64,000 nt of DNA from Candidatus Altimarinota bacterium (GCA_041738935.1 JBGSOV010000020.1:57467-121466); one strand, 5' to 3'. Shown: positions 47,674 through 58,771, counted from the stretch's first letter. Numbers and translations are program-made. The notes: a model not told the origin generated them from the letters alone.

Positions 47674-50304
47674 TTATCCCACCACCAACTCCTCTCCCTT
47701 CATATCCACTTTCGCCGTATCGCCTTCTTGCAAATCCCCTTCTACGATTTTGAGCGAAAGCGGATTGAGCAGTTCGCGTTGCAAGACACGCTTGAGCGGA
47801 CGCGCGCCATAGAGCGGATCAAAGCCGCGTTCGGCAAGAAAATCTTTAGCGGCATCAGAAATATCGAGCGAGATCTTTTGCTCAGCAAGGCGAGTAGTAA
47901 TGGTCTGCAGATTGATATCGAGGATCTCGCGAACCTGGCTTTTGGTGAGCGGATCGAAAATTACCGTTTCATCAATACGATTGAGGAATTCGGGACGGAA
48001 TGCTTGTTGCAAAATGGAAAATATCTGCTTGTCGCGTTCGGCTTTCGCTGTTTGGAAGGCTTTTTTCTTCTCTACCCCCTCTAGCTCCCCCTGTCCAGGG
48101 GGGAGATTCGCCCATTTTTCAGAAAACTTCTGGAGAATATCCGAGCCAAGGTTGCTGGTAAGAATCACAACCGTGTTTTTGAAATTGACGGTGCGCCCTT
48201 TGGCATCGGTCAGGCGACCGTCATCGAGCAGTTGTAGCAGAATGTTAAAAACTTCCGGATGTGCCTTTTCGATCTCGTCAAAAAGCACTACGGAATATGG
48301 TTTGCGGCGCACGGCTTCGGTAAGTTGTCCGCCTTCGTCATACCCGACATAACCGGGCGGCGAGCCGATCAGCTTGGCGACGGAATGCTGTTCCATGTAT
48401 TCGCTCATATCGAGGCGGATGAGTGCCTGTTCGTCAGAAAAGAGGAATGACGAAAGCGCTTTACTCAGCTCTGTCTTGCCGACTCCGGTCGGACCAAGGA
48501 AGAGAAAACTGGCGAGCGGACGCCCGGGTTCACTGAGTCCGGCGCGAGCGCGGCGTACCGCGTTCGCTACGGCGGATACCGCATCGTCTTGTCCGATTAC
48601 GCGCTGATGGAGATGTTCTTCGAGGAGGGCGAGTTTTTGCGATTCGGCAAGCAGCATCTTCATCACAGGAATCCCCGTCCATCGCGCCACGACTTCGGCG
48701 ATCTCCGCTTCGGTGACTTCTTCTTTCATCATTTTTTGCTCGCTATTGCGTTCGGCGGATTTGAGTTCGAGTTCTTGCAATTCTTTTTCGAGCTTGGGAA
48801 TCTCACCATAACGGATTTCAGCAACCCGCTCAAGATTGGCATTGCGTTCTTCACGCTCCATCTCGATCTTGAGCGCATCAAGCCGCTCTTTGCTGGCGCG
48901 GATTTTGAGGATGATCTCGCGCTCGGCATTCCAACGCGACCGCAGCGACGCCTCTTTTTCCGCCGTATCGGCGATTTCTTTTTCCAAAATTTTGAGGCGC
49001 TCTTTGGCATCTTTGGAAGTTTCTTTTTTGAGTCCTTCGCGTTCGATTTTGAGTCGCTGAATCTGGCGTGTGAGTTTTTCGAGTTCGACTGGTTCGCTGT
49101 CAATCTGCATTTTGAGTCCGGCGGTCGCTTCGTCCATCAGGTCGATCGCCTTGTCGGGATTTTTGCGATCGGGCAGATAACGCGTGGAAAATTCGGCAGC
49201 CGCGACCAAGGCGTCATCGGTAATGCGTACGCCGTGATGGACTTCGTATTTTTCCTTGATACCGCGCAAAATCGCAATCGTGTCTTCGATATTCGGTTCA
49301 TCGACATTCACCGGCTGAAAGCGCCGTTCGAGTGCCGCGTCTTTTTCGATATATTTACGATATTCCGCAAGTGTCGTTGCGCCAATCACGCGCACTTGTC
49401 CGCGCGCTAATGCCGGCTTGAGCAGATTCCCCGCATCCATTGCGCCATCGGTCGCGCCTGCGCCCACAATGGTGTGGAGCTCGTCGATGAAGAGAATGAT
49501 GCCGCCGTCAGATTTTTCGAGTTCTTGCAAAACCGCTTTCAGCCGATCTTCGAATTCTCCACGGAATTTAGTTCCGGCGATCAGCGCTCCCATGTCGAGT
49601 GAAAGCACGGATTTGTTTTTGAGCGTATTCGGCACATCACCGGCGATAATGCGCTGCGCAAGCCCTTCGATAATTGCGGTCTTGCCGACGCCTGGATCGC
49701 CGACAAGCACCGGATTGTTTTTGGTTCGGCGTGAGAGAATCTGCATTGTCCGGCGAATCTCGTCATCTCGACCGATAATTGGGTCGAGCTTGCCGGAGCG
49801 CGCAAGCGCAGTGACATCTTGTGCGTATTTTTTGAGCGCATCGCGCTTCCCTTCGGGGTTTTGATCGGTAATCGGCTCGCTACCACGCAGTGCTGCGAGT
49901 TTTTCTCGTACTGTTTTTACATCAATCTTTTCTAAGAGTTTACTTGCGCTGTTTTTCGTTTGTAATAAGCCGAGAAACAAATGCTCAACCGAAAGATATT
50001 CGTCTTGCATCTGGCGACGTTCTTTATCCGCACTATCGAGCACAGCCTGCATTTCCCCGGCAATACTCATCTGTCCACCACTGACTTGCGGCGCGCGCTT
50101 TAATTCGCTTTGGACTTGGGTAAAAAGCTCTTCTATTTTAAAATCCAAACTCGACAAAAGTGGCGAGATAATCGTATCTTCTTGTTTTAGCAAAACCGCC
50201 AAGAAATGCAGTGCGTTGACTTCGGCATGCGAGAGTTGCTGCGCGAGTGATTGCGCGCCCTGGAATACTTCTGCAGTTTTTTCGGTAAATTGTTGTGGAT
50301 TCAT
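47674..50304 (-). CDS. clpB: ATP-dependent chaperone ClpB
   Basis: Two AAA+ modules ([16 protein letters not shown]), coiled-coil M domain, GYVGY pore loop. Confidence 0.98.
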   Translation of the reverse strand: MNPQQFTEKTAEVFQGAQSLAQQLSHAEVNALHFLAVLLKQEDTIISPLLSSLDFKIEELFTQVQSELKRAPQVSGGQMSIAGEMQAVLDSADKERRQMQDEYLSVEHLFLGLLQTKNSASKLLEKIDVKTVREKLAALRGSEPITDQNPEGKRDALKKYAQDVTALARSGKLDPIIGRDDEIRRTMQILSRRTKNNPVLVGDPGVGKTAIIEGLAQRIIAGDVPNTLKNKSVLSLDMGALIAGTKFRGEFEDRLKAVLQELEKSDGGIILFIDELHTIVGAGATDGAMDAGNLLKPALARGQVRVIGATTLAEYRKYIEKDAALERRFQPVNVDEPNIEDTIAILRGIKEKYEVHHGVRITDDALVAAAEFSTRYLPDRKNPDKAIDLMDEATAGLKMQIDSEPVELEKLTRQIQRLKIEREGLKKETSKDAKERLKILEKEIADTAEKEASLRSRWNAEREIILKIRASKERLDALKIEMEREERNANLERVAEIRYGEIPKLEKELQELELKSAERNSEQKMMKEEVTEAEIAEVVARWTGIPVMKMLLAESQKLALLEEHLHQRVIGQDDAVSAVANAVRRARAGLSEPGRPLASFLFLGPTGVGKTELSKALSSFLFSDEQALIRLDMSEYMEQHSVAKLIGSPPGYVGYDEGGQLTEAVRRKPYSVVLFDEIEKAHPEVFNILLQLLDDGRLTDAKGRTVNFKNTVVILTSNLGSDILQKFSEKWANLPPGQGELEGVEKKKAFQTAKAERDKQIFSILQQAFRPEFLNRIDETVIFDPLTKSQVREILDINLQTITTRLAEQKISLDISDAAKDFLAERGFDPLYGARPLKRVLQRELLNPLSLKIVEGDLQEGDTAKVDMKGEELVVG

Positions 50305-50317
50305 AGTATTTGAAAAG

Positions 50318-50344
50318 TTAGCACTCTAAAGTTTAGAGTGCCAG
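50318..50344. promoter_or_regulatory. CIRCE element (HrcA operator)
   Basis: TTAGCACTC-N9-GAGTGCCAG, 13 bp upstream of the clpB start. Confidence 0.9.
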
Positions 50345-50418
50345 AATAAAAAAATCAAGTATTTCTGAAAATTACGTACAGGAAAAATGATGGATTTAAT
50401 AAAAATTATTGTGCGGTA

Positions 50419-51408
50419 TTAGCTTTTGATAAAAATCATTTGTGGAATATAAGTTTCGTATACTTGAAGACGAAACCCAATCTCATCCATGAAAGAAATA
50501 AAATTCTCTCCTCCAAACTGCTTGTTGCTTTCCAAGTGACTAGCGAATTGTTCGGTGTAGTCACATGATTCGGAAACCACTAATACACCACCGTGCACTA
50601 ATTTATTATAAAAAGACTGAAGTAATTTTTGTGGTTCCAACACATGTTCTATAACTTCCGTTGAGACAATACAGTCAAAATCGATATTTTTAAAATGAGT
50701 TGAGTGTAGGTCGTTCATTACATTCCCCTGTAATTCGTAAGTAGGAATATACAGGTTTCTCTTCTTAAACCTCCATTTAGCAAAGTCAGAAGTTTTTCCA
50801 GAGAGATCTGCATAAGTAACGTCGTATCCTAATTGATGGAGAAGTATGCAGATTGTGCCTACACCTGCCCCATAATCAAGTACATTTTGGACGCCAAGCT
50901 TTTGCATGCGTTCTGCCATCACACCAAAGGTGTATAAGGTTTGTATAATGTGGTTTGCCGCCATTAGTTCATACACATATGCGTCAGATTCTTGGTAAAA
51001 TCTTATGAGGTCATTATTACTCTTCGGGTCAATATCCATAGTATGCCAATCCGCTTCAACAGCAACTTCTACGCGCATTTTATCTACATATTGCTTGGGA
51101 AGAGCCTGAAGGAACAAGCCTAATTCTTCTAAGGCACACATTTTTGGACTTTTTGATTCCACACCCGCAACAACGTGGCTAAACAATCTCGTTTTAACCC
51201 AGAGTGCAAGCACGATCATTTCAATATAATCGTCGTTGCTTTTGTCTATTCTTAGCAACCGTAATGCCTCTCGGCACTTTTGACCACGTATCAAATCCTC
51301 AGCCTGCACGACAATTGATGGGACAATGTGTTTGCAATCATTCAAATCAGTCAAATCCTCAATATCATACATGTGCTGATAATAGTCTTTTGGTACTTTG
51401 CTCGTCAT
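50419..51408 (-). CDS. Class I SAM-dependent methyltransferase
   Basis: VLDYGAGVG, YADLS, FDCIVSTEVIEHV, GGVLVV; AT-rich. Confidence 0.85.
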   Translation of the reverse strand: MTSKVPKDYYQHMYDIEDLTDLNDCKHIVPSIVVQAEDLIRGQKCREALRLLRIDKSNDDYIEMIVLALWVKTRLFSHVVAGVESKSPKMCALEELGLFLQALPKQYVDKMRVEVAVEADWHTMDIDPKSNNDLIRFYQESDAYVYELMAANHIIQTLYTFGVMAERMQKLGVQNVLDYGAGVGTICILLHQLGYDVTYADLSGKTSDFAKWRFKKRNLYIPTYELQGNVMNDLHSTHFKNIDFDCIVSTEVIEHVLEPQKLLQSFYNKLVHGGVLVVSESCDYTEQFASHLESNKQFGGENFISFMDEIGFRLQVYETYIPQMIFIKS

Positions 51409-51523
51409 AAATTTTTATATAGAAAGCAATCTCTAGCTTTGTATTTTTAAAGTCATAAATCAAGAGTCGCCTAAAGAATTCGTCCGAAAAGCAAAATTGC
51501 CTTCCTGCTCGGTTTCCGCCACA

Positions 51524-53284
51524 ATGACACAAGTTAAATATATTCAGACTTTGGCAAAAAAATCAGTCACTAAACGGAAGAAGCAGCAGCGAAATCCTCA
51601 GCCAGAAGCACATTCGGCTTTGCGGCGATTTTGGGAAAAACACAAATCGCTATCAATAGGATTCTTTTTGACTTTTGCAACGTGGGGATGGTTTTTTGCG
51701 TGGTATTGGCCCCGCATGTTGTACTTTAAAAATGGTGCGCTCATGACGCAGGGCAAATATGTTTGGGCGGATTGGTCAGCGCATCTCGCCTATGCGGGGC
51801 ATTTTGCTTGGCGCCCTGTTGGCGATTGGTTCGAGAGTCATCCGCTCTTTTTTGGCGTAGATTTTACCTACCCGTTTGCGATGGATGCGCTGTCAGGAAT
51901 TCTTATCAAATGGGGAATAAACGAAGCATCGGCATTTGTGGTTCCTTCGATTGTCATCACGGCTTGGCTCCTTGTCATTTTGGTACTCTTTTATCATTCA
52001 TTTTTGCATTCGGGAATCTGGTCGTTTGCTGCTGTGACGCTCTTTTTAGCCGGCGGGAGTACGATTTTTCTGTGGTATTATTTCCCAAATTTTGTTGCCG
52101 AAAGCGCAGTTCTGCCAAAAAATTATCTCGATCTGATTGGCTGGAAAAATATCGTCGTGAGCGAAATTATTCCGCAGCGTGCGTTTTTGCTCGGCATGCC
52201 AATGATGCTGACGATTATCTATTTTTTGCTCCGAATAGGGAAAAACTCACGCATCTGGCAACTCGTTTTGCTTGGTGTCTTTTCTGCATTGATGCTTTTT
52301 GTGCACGTGCATTCGTATATTGCCTTGGTGATTTTTGGTGCGGTGCTGTTTTTGTCTCGATTACAAGATTGGAAACCACTTGTAATATATGGAATTTCGG
52401 CAGCAATCTGCTCGTTTCCGATTTTTGCATGGATGTTTTATGGCACGGTCGAAGAAAGTTTTTTTCGCATTCAGATTGGATGGATGGCAGATTCTGTATC
52501 ACTTAATCACAATCTATTCTGGTTTTGGTTGATGAATTGGAGCATATTTTTGCCGCTTGCGATTATTGGTACGCATCAAACCAAACTCTGGAAAAATCCG
52601 GTTGTTATCAGCGGGTTTGTAATTTTTGTAATCTGCAACATTGTCATTTTTCAGCCGTGGGATTGGGATAATGAAAAAATCCTGACGTGGTCGTATTTGT
52701 TTTTGACTGTTCCAATTATCAAATGGTTTCAGCTTCTCTGGCAACAATATCATATGGCAGTTGTTGCAATTGTGACGCTGATTTTGTTTCCACTACTAAC
52801 TCTTGGCGGTTTTGTGGAAATTGGCATCCATACTGGGCACGCCGAAGAACAACGACTGGATAAAAACGCGCCCCCGCCAAAAGATATGGAAAATTTTATT
52901 GTGCGCGAAAGTACGATTTTTTCGCGGAAAGATTTTGAACTTGCTGCTGCTTTTCGTAAAATTAGTAATCCCACCGACGTCGTTTTGACGGCAGATCGCG
53001 TGGCGAATTGGGCAGTTGCTCTTGCTGGGAGGAATATTTTGCTCGGCTATCGCGGCTGGATGTGGACGTACGGAATCGATGACAGCAAGCGCTACAACGA
53101 CATGCAAAAAATGTTTGCTGGAGGTGAGCAATCCAAAGCGTTACTCGATGGATACAATGTGAATTTTGTCGTCATTGGCTATCCCGAAATCACAGATTAT
53201 CACGCCAACGAAGATTTTTTTCGCGAAAATTATTCGCTCGTGCTCGAAACGAGCGAAGCACGTATTTATCAGATTGGGGAATAA
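51524..53284 (+). CDS. Polytopic membrane protein, GT-C glycosyltransferase-like
   Basis: More than 10 TM segments, ADWSAH in the first loop, YPF, PQRAF, C-terminal soluble domain. Confidence 0.65.
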   Translation: MTQVKYIQTLAKKSVTKRKKQQRNPQPEAHSALRRFWEKHKSLSIGFFLTFATWGWFFAWYWPRMLYFKNGALMTQGKYVWADWSAHLAYAGHFAWRPVGDWFESHPLFFGVDFTYPFAMDALSGILIKWGINEASAFVVPSIVITAWLLVILVLFYHSFLHSGIWSFAAVTLFLAGGSTIFLWYYFPNFVAESAVLPKNYLDLIGWKNIVVSEIIPQRAFLLGMPMMLTIIYFLLRIGKNSRIWQLVLLGVFSALMLFVHVHSYIALVIFGAVLFLSRLQDWKPLVIYGISAAICSFPIFAWMFYGTVEESFFRIQIGWMADSVSLNHNLFWFWLMNWSIFLPLAIIGTHQTKLWKNPVVISGFVIFVICNIVIFQPWDWDNEKILTWSYLFLTVPIIKWFQLLWQQYHMAVVAIVTLILFPLLTLGGFVEIGIHTGHAEEQRLDKNAPPPKDMENFIVRESTIFSRKDFELAAAFRKISNPTDVVLTADRVANWAVALAGRNILLGYRGWMWTYGIDDSKRYNDMQKMFAGGEQSKALLDGYNVNFVVIGYPEITDYHANEDFFRENYSLVLETSEARIYQIGE

Positions 53285-53287
53285 AAA

Positions 53288-53584
53288 TTATTCGTCGATA
53301 CTCTTCCACGGAAGAGAGATTCGACGCGGACGAGCTTGTAGAGTGAGAGAAAGGGCCACTACAAATAAGAGAAAATATCCCCAGTGGTTTTGCTGATTAT
53401 TAGAACGAGAATCAGCATTTGGAAGAGAATCTGTAAAAATATTCGCCTGCGCAAAACTTGCCGAAGCTTCGGTGGCGATTTGGCTTGTCTGTAAAACCGG
53501 CTCATCAAAAAATGCCTGCGTAAAAAAAAGCGGCGAAAAGCCGTAAAAGAAAGCTAAGCAAAGAGAGATTATTTTGTATTTCAT
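53288..53584 (-). CDS. Small exported/membrane hypothetical protein
   Basis: Signal-like N-terminus and C-terminal TM segment. Confidence 0.5.
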   Translation of the reverse strand: MKYKIISLCLAFFYGFSPLFFTQAFFDEPVLQTSQIATEASASFAQANIFTDSLPNADSRSNNQQNHWGYFLLFVVALSLTLQARPRRISLPWKSIDE

Positions 53585-53898
53585 TTGTTCCTGATTTCAA
53601 AATTTGATTCGGGGATGACACATGCTACCAGTTACCATCCAGCGCTTCAAAATATAATACAGATGTTTTGCGAAAAATGCAAATTTTTTTTGGACTGAAT
53701 GAGTCTGGATGCGTGTCAGTTTACTTAGATATCGGAGTCCTCTTTGGAAGACTGGTTCTCAAACTTTGTGTCTTTGGAGTGTGTTTCCGAAAAGAAAGTT
53801 TCCAACGGGTTTCTTCTAAGAATTCTATTTTTCAACACACAACTGCGCTTATTCTACAAAAATATATTTGATAAAAGTAAATAAGTTCGTATATTTGA

Positions 53899-54606
53899 GT
53901 TAGGCGAAATGTTCATCAAATTTTTATGGAAGACATGCAAAAAATATTAGAAACAATTAAATCTTATCCTCAAAAGGCAGCTACGAAATTGGTTGCAATT
54001 GATGGTTTTGGCGGTTCTGGAAAAAGTACTTTTGCAGAAAAGCTTGTTAAGCTTGATTCATCTATCCAAATTGTTGGTTTAGATAAATTTCCATATCTTC
54101 CCAATGAACATCCGTACCACTCAAGTGGTGCGCAAACACGTGTAAATATTGAACGTTTGAAAAATGAAGTACTGGTTCCACTAGCTGCTGGTAAAGAAGC
54201 CCGATTTCAAAATACATTTTGGTGGCCGACTGATCAGAAAGCAGAATGGTTTACCGTGCAGCCAAGTGGAATAGTTCTGATAGAGGGTTGCTATTCTTTT
54301 CACAAAGATATTCGTGATTTGTATGATTTGAGTATATGGGTTGATTGCGCACCGAGCGAAGCAATGGAAAGAGCGGTCGCACGTGATGGGGATGCTGCTC
54401 GTGCCCATTGGGAAGAAGCACATGCTCCAAATGAGCAAAAGTACGTTGCTGCCCAAGAACCACAAAAGAATGTTGATTTAATTGTTTCTAATCTCGCAGG
54501 AAAAGGTTTTGCTATCGATGCTGAACACATCACCTAACAGCCGATATGAGGCTCGTTGCTTCGCACTCGCCCAAATTTATAAAGCAACTTCTCATATCAG
54601 CGGATG
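53899..54606 (+). mobile_element. Solitary integron-type gene cassette
   Basis: GTTAGGC core 27 bp before the ATG; ACCTAAC inverse core overlapping the stop; attC-like hairpin at 54532-54606. Confidence 0.65.
53926..54537 (+). CDS. Uridine-kinase-like P-loop kinase
   Basis: IDGFGGSGKST, VLIEG, DLSIWV, RAVARDG. Confidence 0.8.
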   Translation: MEDMQKILETIKSYPQKAATKLVAIDGFGGSGKSTFAEKLVKLDSSIQIVGLDKFPYLPNEHPYHSSGAQTRVNIERLKNEVLVPLAAGKEARFQNTFWWPTDQKAEWFTVQPSGIVLIEGCYSFHKDIRDLYDLSIWVDCAPSEAMERAVARDGDAARAHWEEAHAPNEQKYVAAQEPQKNVDLIVSNLAGKGFAIDAEHIT

Positions 54607-54661
54607 CACTCAAATAGATAGTTTCAATTCTTCGTAAGCATCGCGCAGCGAATATCATGTT

Positions 54662-56209
54662 CTACACTCCCCTGCCCGATTTGTCGTTGAAAGCGGTTTG
54701 CAAAAAGCATTTGTTGATAGCATCCAAATACGCATGCACGCTTGCCACGACAACATCGGTGTCACCTGCACGTCCGAAGAATTTTTTGCCTTCTGGCGTG
54801 CGCAAAGTGAGCGAAACCACGGCCTGAGCATCGAGTCCTTCGGTTACTGCATCCATGCGAAATTCGACAAGTGTCCCAAGTTCGCCAGTGATTTTTTCAA
54901 TCGCTTTAAATGCTGCATCTACCGGACCCGTTCCTGTTGCATTGGCGGTGAGTTTTTCACCAGATTCGTTTTCGATAGTAACGGTTGCTGTTGGTATTGT
55001 TTGCGTTCCAGCATGTACATCCAAATCCGCAAAACGATATGTGAGTTTGTGATGCCCCAGTTCGCCAAGCATCAAGGTATCGAGGTCGGCGTCTTCGATC
55101 AGTTTTTTCTTGTCGGCGAGTTCTTTGAAGCGGATAAAAATCTCGTTCAAGCGTTCTTCATCGAATTCGTAGCCCAATTCTGCCAAGCGATTTTTGAGCG
55201 CGGCACGCCCACTGTGTTTGCCAAGAATAATTTCGGATTGCGCCAAACCGATGTCTTCCGGATGCATAATTTCGTAGGTTTCGCGATTGGCGAGAAAACC
55301 GTGTTGGTGAATACCAGATTCGTGCGCAAAGGCATTGCGCCCCACAATCGCTTTGTTTGGCTGGATTGGCTGTCCAGTGATTTTTTTGAGCAGTGTGCTG
55401 CTGCGCATAATTTCGCGAGAATCAATGTTGGTTGAGAGATTGTAAAAATCAGGACGAGTTTTGATTGCCATCACAATTTCTTCGAGCGCGGCATTGCCGG
55501 CGCGTTCGCCGATGCCGTTGATTGTGCATTCGACTTGGCGGGCTCCCGCGCGCACACCGGCGAGCGAATTGGCGACACCAAAGCCCAAATCGTCATGACA
55601 ATGCGTGGAGAAGATAACGTCTTTGCCGCCTCTACAATTGGCGATCAAAAATACAATCAGATCATGGAATTCTTCCGGCTGCAAATAGCCGACCGTGTCA
55701 GGAATATTGATGATATCCGCTCCGGCAGCGATTGCGGTTTCGACGACAATTTTGAGAAAATCGCGGTCACTTCTGCCAGCGTCTTCCGGGGAAAAATCCA
55801 CGCGATTGCACAAACTCTTCGCATGTCGCACCGCTTTATCTGCCATCGCAATCACTTCTGCGGGAGTTTTTTTGAGCTTAAACTCCATATGCACCGGACT
55901 GGTGGCGATAAAAGTATGAATGCGCGGTTTTTTGGCATCCTTGATTGCTTCCCAGGTTGTGTTGATATCGGATTCCATCGCACGCGCGAGTCCGCAGATT
56001 TCGGGTTTTTTGAGCTTGCGCGCAATTGCCTGCACCGCAGCAAAATCGTCTGGGCTAGCAGCAGGAAATCCTGCTTCAATAACATCGACATTGAGTTTTT
56101 CGAGTTGGACGGCAAAACGGATTTTTTCTTCGGTCGTCATCGAGTACCCAGGCGATTGCTCGCCATCGCGCAACGAAGTGTCAAATATGCGCACAATATC
56201 GTTTTTCAT
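54662..56209 (-). CDS. leuA: 2-isopropylmalate synthase
   Basis: FDTSLRDGEQSPG, HCHDDLG, GERAGNA, HESGIHQ, GKHSGR, regulatory GTGPVDA. Confidence 0.96.
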   Translation of the reverse strand: MKNDIVRIFDTSLRDGEQSPGYSMTTEEKIRFAVQLEKLNVDVIEAGFPAASPDDFAAVQAIARKLKKPEICGLARAMESDINTTWEAIKDAKKPRIHTFIATSPVHMEFKLKKTPAEVIAMADKAVRHAKSLCNRVDFSPEDAGRSDRDFLKIVVETAIAAGADIINIPDTVGYLQPEEFHDLIVFLIANCRGGKDVIFSTHCHDDLGFGVANSLAGVRAGARQVECTINGIGERAGNAALEEIVMAIKTRPDFYNLSTNIDSREIMRSSTLLKKITGQPIQPNKAIVGRNAFAHESGIHQHGFLANRETYEIMHPEDIGLAQSEIILGKHSGRAALKNRLAELGYEFDEERLNEIFIRFKELADKKKLIEDADLDTLMLGELGHHKLTYRFADLDVHAGTQTIPTATVTIENESGEKLTANATGTGPVDAAFKAIEKITGELGTLVEFRMDAVTEGLDAQAVVSLTLRTPEGKKFFGRAGDTDVVVASVHAYLDAINKCFLQTAFNDKSGRGV

Positions 56210-56354
56210 AATTATGATTTAGCAAAAGAAGCCAGTGGCGATTTTCCCACGGTAATCTGAAAAATGCAAACTTTGTGCTTGTCATCCCAAGCTTGCCCAA
56301 ACATTTACGATTGTCTTTTTTCTTAAATCCTAAATCATAATTCTTGAATCTTAT

Positions 56355-56735
56355 TTAGAGTTGTTCCAATTCTGCCAATAGATTTTCAGCTTCTTCTTTT
56401 TCTGCAGAAGCGACTACGGACTCTTTCGCTTTCATCGCTGCGCGCCGCGCGGTGCGTTGCCGCTCAACTTCTTCCGGATCGATTTCGACTTCTTCTTCAG
56501 TGGTGGAATTTTGTGCTTTTTTGTCTTGTTCGGATTTGAGGATATCTCTGAGTTCCGAAACCTGATCTGGTGACATAATCGGCAACACCGAAAACCAATA
56601 ATTGCGTTCGTCGTCATCCATCGAAGGACTTTCCAAAATTTGTGGAATCAGTTCGGGAAAATTCTCTCGAACTGCATCCGGAATCTTGATATTGTCGCCT
56701 ACCGTTCCCTGCGTTGCTGCATTTGCGTCATCCAT
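56355..56735 (-). CDS. Acidic hypothetical protein
   Basis: ILESPSMDDDERNYWFSVLPIM core followed by a coiled-coil tail. Confidence 0.75.
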   Translation of the reverse strand: MDDANAATQGTVGDNIKIPDAVRENFPELIPQILESPSMDDDERNYWFSVLPIMSPDQVSELRDILKSEQDKKAQNSTTEEEVEIDPEEVERQRTARRAAMKAKESVVASAEKEEAENLLAELEQL

Positions 56736-56782
56736 GATTTTTTTTGCGGAAAAGCTTCGTACAACAATAACATATTTGGACG

Positions 56783-57688
56783 CTATTTTTCAATCGATTC
56801 GCTTGTCCGTATTGGCACCGGAGTCATGATGTTTACATTGTCACGAATCATAAATTGCTTACTTAAAAACAGAGATCCGAGCAGTAAAATCGGTACAACA
56901 AACGGCGTCAGTGTTTGCCCGAAGATTTCGAATCCAATCAAAATATTGAAGAGCGCATGGAAGAGCGTGGCAAGTACGAGCGCTTCACGCACAAGATCAG
57001 CTTTTTCGTGCCCATGCAGTGACGGCTTGTCTTTAAGAATATGACGAAAAATAATATGAAGTCGGGCGCGGTCAAATCCCTGATGAAAAAAATTGGAGAC
57101 CGAATAGCTGTGCCGCGGTGTCACGCTTGATGACAAAAACGCATGTCCCCAAAACAGTCCAAATATGCCAGAAAAAAGCGCATGCCCGAGTGTTGTGCCA
57201 AAACCGCGAAAGGCGATAATTGTCCAGAGAGTCGTGTCCGAAAGGTTGTAAAATTGAAGAAGTGTGTAAAAATAAAAGAGATTTTCGGCAAAAGCAAAAC
57301 CAAGTGCTGCAGAGATAGAATAGACGACACCATCTACAATTTGCGTAAACTCGATGCGAAGCTTTTTTCCAAGTCGCAAAGTCGCGAAGTGCTTGAGCGA
57401 TTCTTCAAGAACAGCGAAAAGTATGCCGCCCACCACGAGCGCCACAATCGGCAGCATTTTGCTAAAACTGGTAATCGACGCCATCAAATTAGGCGAATAT
57501 TGCAATTGCCAGCGGATGGCGAGAAGCGGCAACACAGCGAGCATTCCAAAGACAAACGCCATCGCAATCATACGCTTTGGCTCTGGCTCACTCTTGTCTT
57601 TGCGATACCAAAAAACGAGCCAGCCAAATGATGGCACAAAAGCGAAGAGAATACTGAGCGCAATAGTGAGTGACAGCGGCATGTTCAT
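56783..57688 (-). CDS. PrsW family intramembrane protease
   Basis: EPEP, EESLK, GFAFAEN, HALFS, HALFN. Confidence 0.9.
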   Translation of the reverse strand: MNMPLSLTIALSILFAFVPSFGWLVFWYRKDKSEPEPKRMIAMAFVFGMLAVLPLLAIRWQLQYSPNLMASITSFSKMLPIVALVVGGILFAVLEESLKHFATLRLGKKLRIEFTQIVDGVVYSISAALGFAFAENLFYFYTLLQFYNLSDTTLWTIIAFRGFGTTLGHALFSGIFGLFWGHAFLSSSVTPRHSYSVSNFFHQGFDRARLHIIFRHILKDKPSLHGHEKADLVREALVLATLFHALFNILIGFEIFGQTLTPFVVPILLLGSLFLSKQFMIRDNVNIMTPVPIRTSESIEK

Positions 57689-57852
57689 ACAAAAACTTTA
57701 CAGGATTTGAGCATTTGTCGAAACACCTTTGATAATGAAGTCTGATTTAAGATGTACGATTTAAGAGATTTTTCAATCGTCATTTGAAATTTCTTACCTG
57801 ACAAACCGCTAACTGCTGCTGTATACTTATTGTACAAAATTTCCCTTCAAAA

Positions 57853-58740
57853 ATGACTCCTTCGGTACTTGTAGTTGGCTCGATTGCCTTCGATATTATT
57901 TTTTCGATTGAACACGATTTTCGGCAGTCGATTCCGGTCGAAAACGGCGAAATCCGCAATTTTAATGCGGTTTTCATGGCAAACGAAAAAACCGAATTCC
58001 CCGGTGGAACAGCAGGAAATATCGCCTATTGGCTTGGACAAAAATATGTGCGCAGCAGCATTTTTTCGGCAGTCGGAAAAGACTTTGATGATAAAGGATA
58101 TCGAACGCGACTGCAAAATTTTGGTGCCGAAGTGCGCGGCACAATCGGAAGTTTTTCTGCCCATGCCTACATGATTTCCGATCCGCTCCATCAACAGATT
58201 ATCATCTGGCAACCAAATGCGTATATCGAGAACAAAGCGCAACAACTCGCCGATTTTTATTCTCCTGTGGAACTCGGCGCTTTTGAAATTGCGATTTTTG
58301 CCGCTGGCACGCCCGATTCGATTGAAGCCCACATGCGCGAATTTAAAAAGGCAAATCCACAGGCGAAAATTATCTTTGATCCGGGGCAAATTACGCATAC
58401 TTTCGAAAAAGCTGGGTTTCAAAAATGCTGTGATTTGTCAGACATTATTGTCGGCAATGATATTGAATTTAGTTTTTTCCGCAAAATGGGTTTGCCAAAA
58501 GATATTACAACCATCGAGACTTTTGGCGCCAAAGGCGTCACCATTACTGAAAATAATATCGAAACCAAAGTCACAGCAGTAAAGGCGGAAAAAGTGGTAG
58601 AAACAACTGGTGCTGGCGATGCCTTTCGCGCGGGGCTGATTAGCGGTTTACTCCATGGATTATCACTCCCCGAAGCAGCAGCAATCGGCGCAGAGCTCGG
58701 AGCAGAATGTGTCGCATTGCCAAGTGGTCAAGGCGAATAG
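57853..58740 (+). CDS. PfkB family kinase, adenosine-kinase-like
   Basis: GSIAFD, GGTAGNIAY, FDPGQ, TTGAGDAFRAG. Confidence 0.9.
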   Translation: MTPSVLVVGSIAFDIIFSIEHDFRQSIPVENGEIRNFNAVFMANEKTEFPGGTAGNIAYWLGQKYVRSSIFSAVGKDFDDKGYRTRLQNFGAEVRGTIGSFSAHAYMISDPLHQQIIIWQPNAYIENKAQQLADFYSPVELGAFEIAIFAAGTPDSIEAHMREFKKANPQAKIIFDPGQITHTFEKAGFQKCCDLSDIIVGNDIEFSFFRKMGLPKDITTIETFGAKGVTITENNIETKVTAVKAEKVVETTGAGDAFRAGLISGLLHGLSLPEAAAIGAELGAECVALPSGQGE

Positions 58741-58743
58741 CTC

Positions 58744-58771
58744 TTGACATATAATTATTTAGTTATACAAT
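58744..58771 (+). promoter_or_regulatory. Sigma70 promoter
   Basis: TTGACA-16bp-TACAAT. Confidence 0.65.

Noticed and set aside
53616-53718. Structured leader (TGACAC/GTGTCA, CATCCAG/CTGGATG)
   Set aside because: A likely minus-strand promoter (TTGCAT-17-TATTAT) lies inside it, so the two arms would probably not share a transcript
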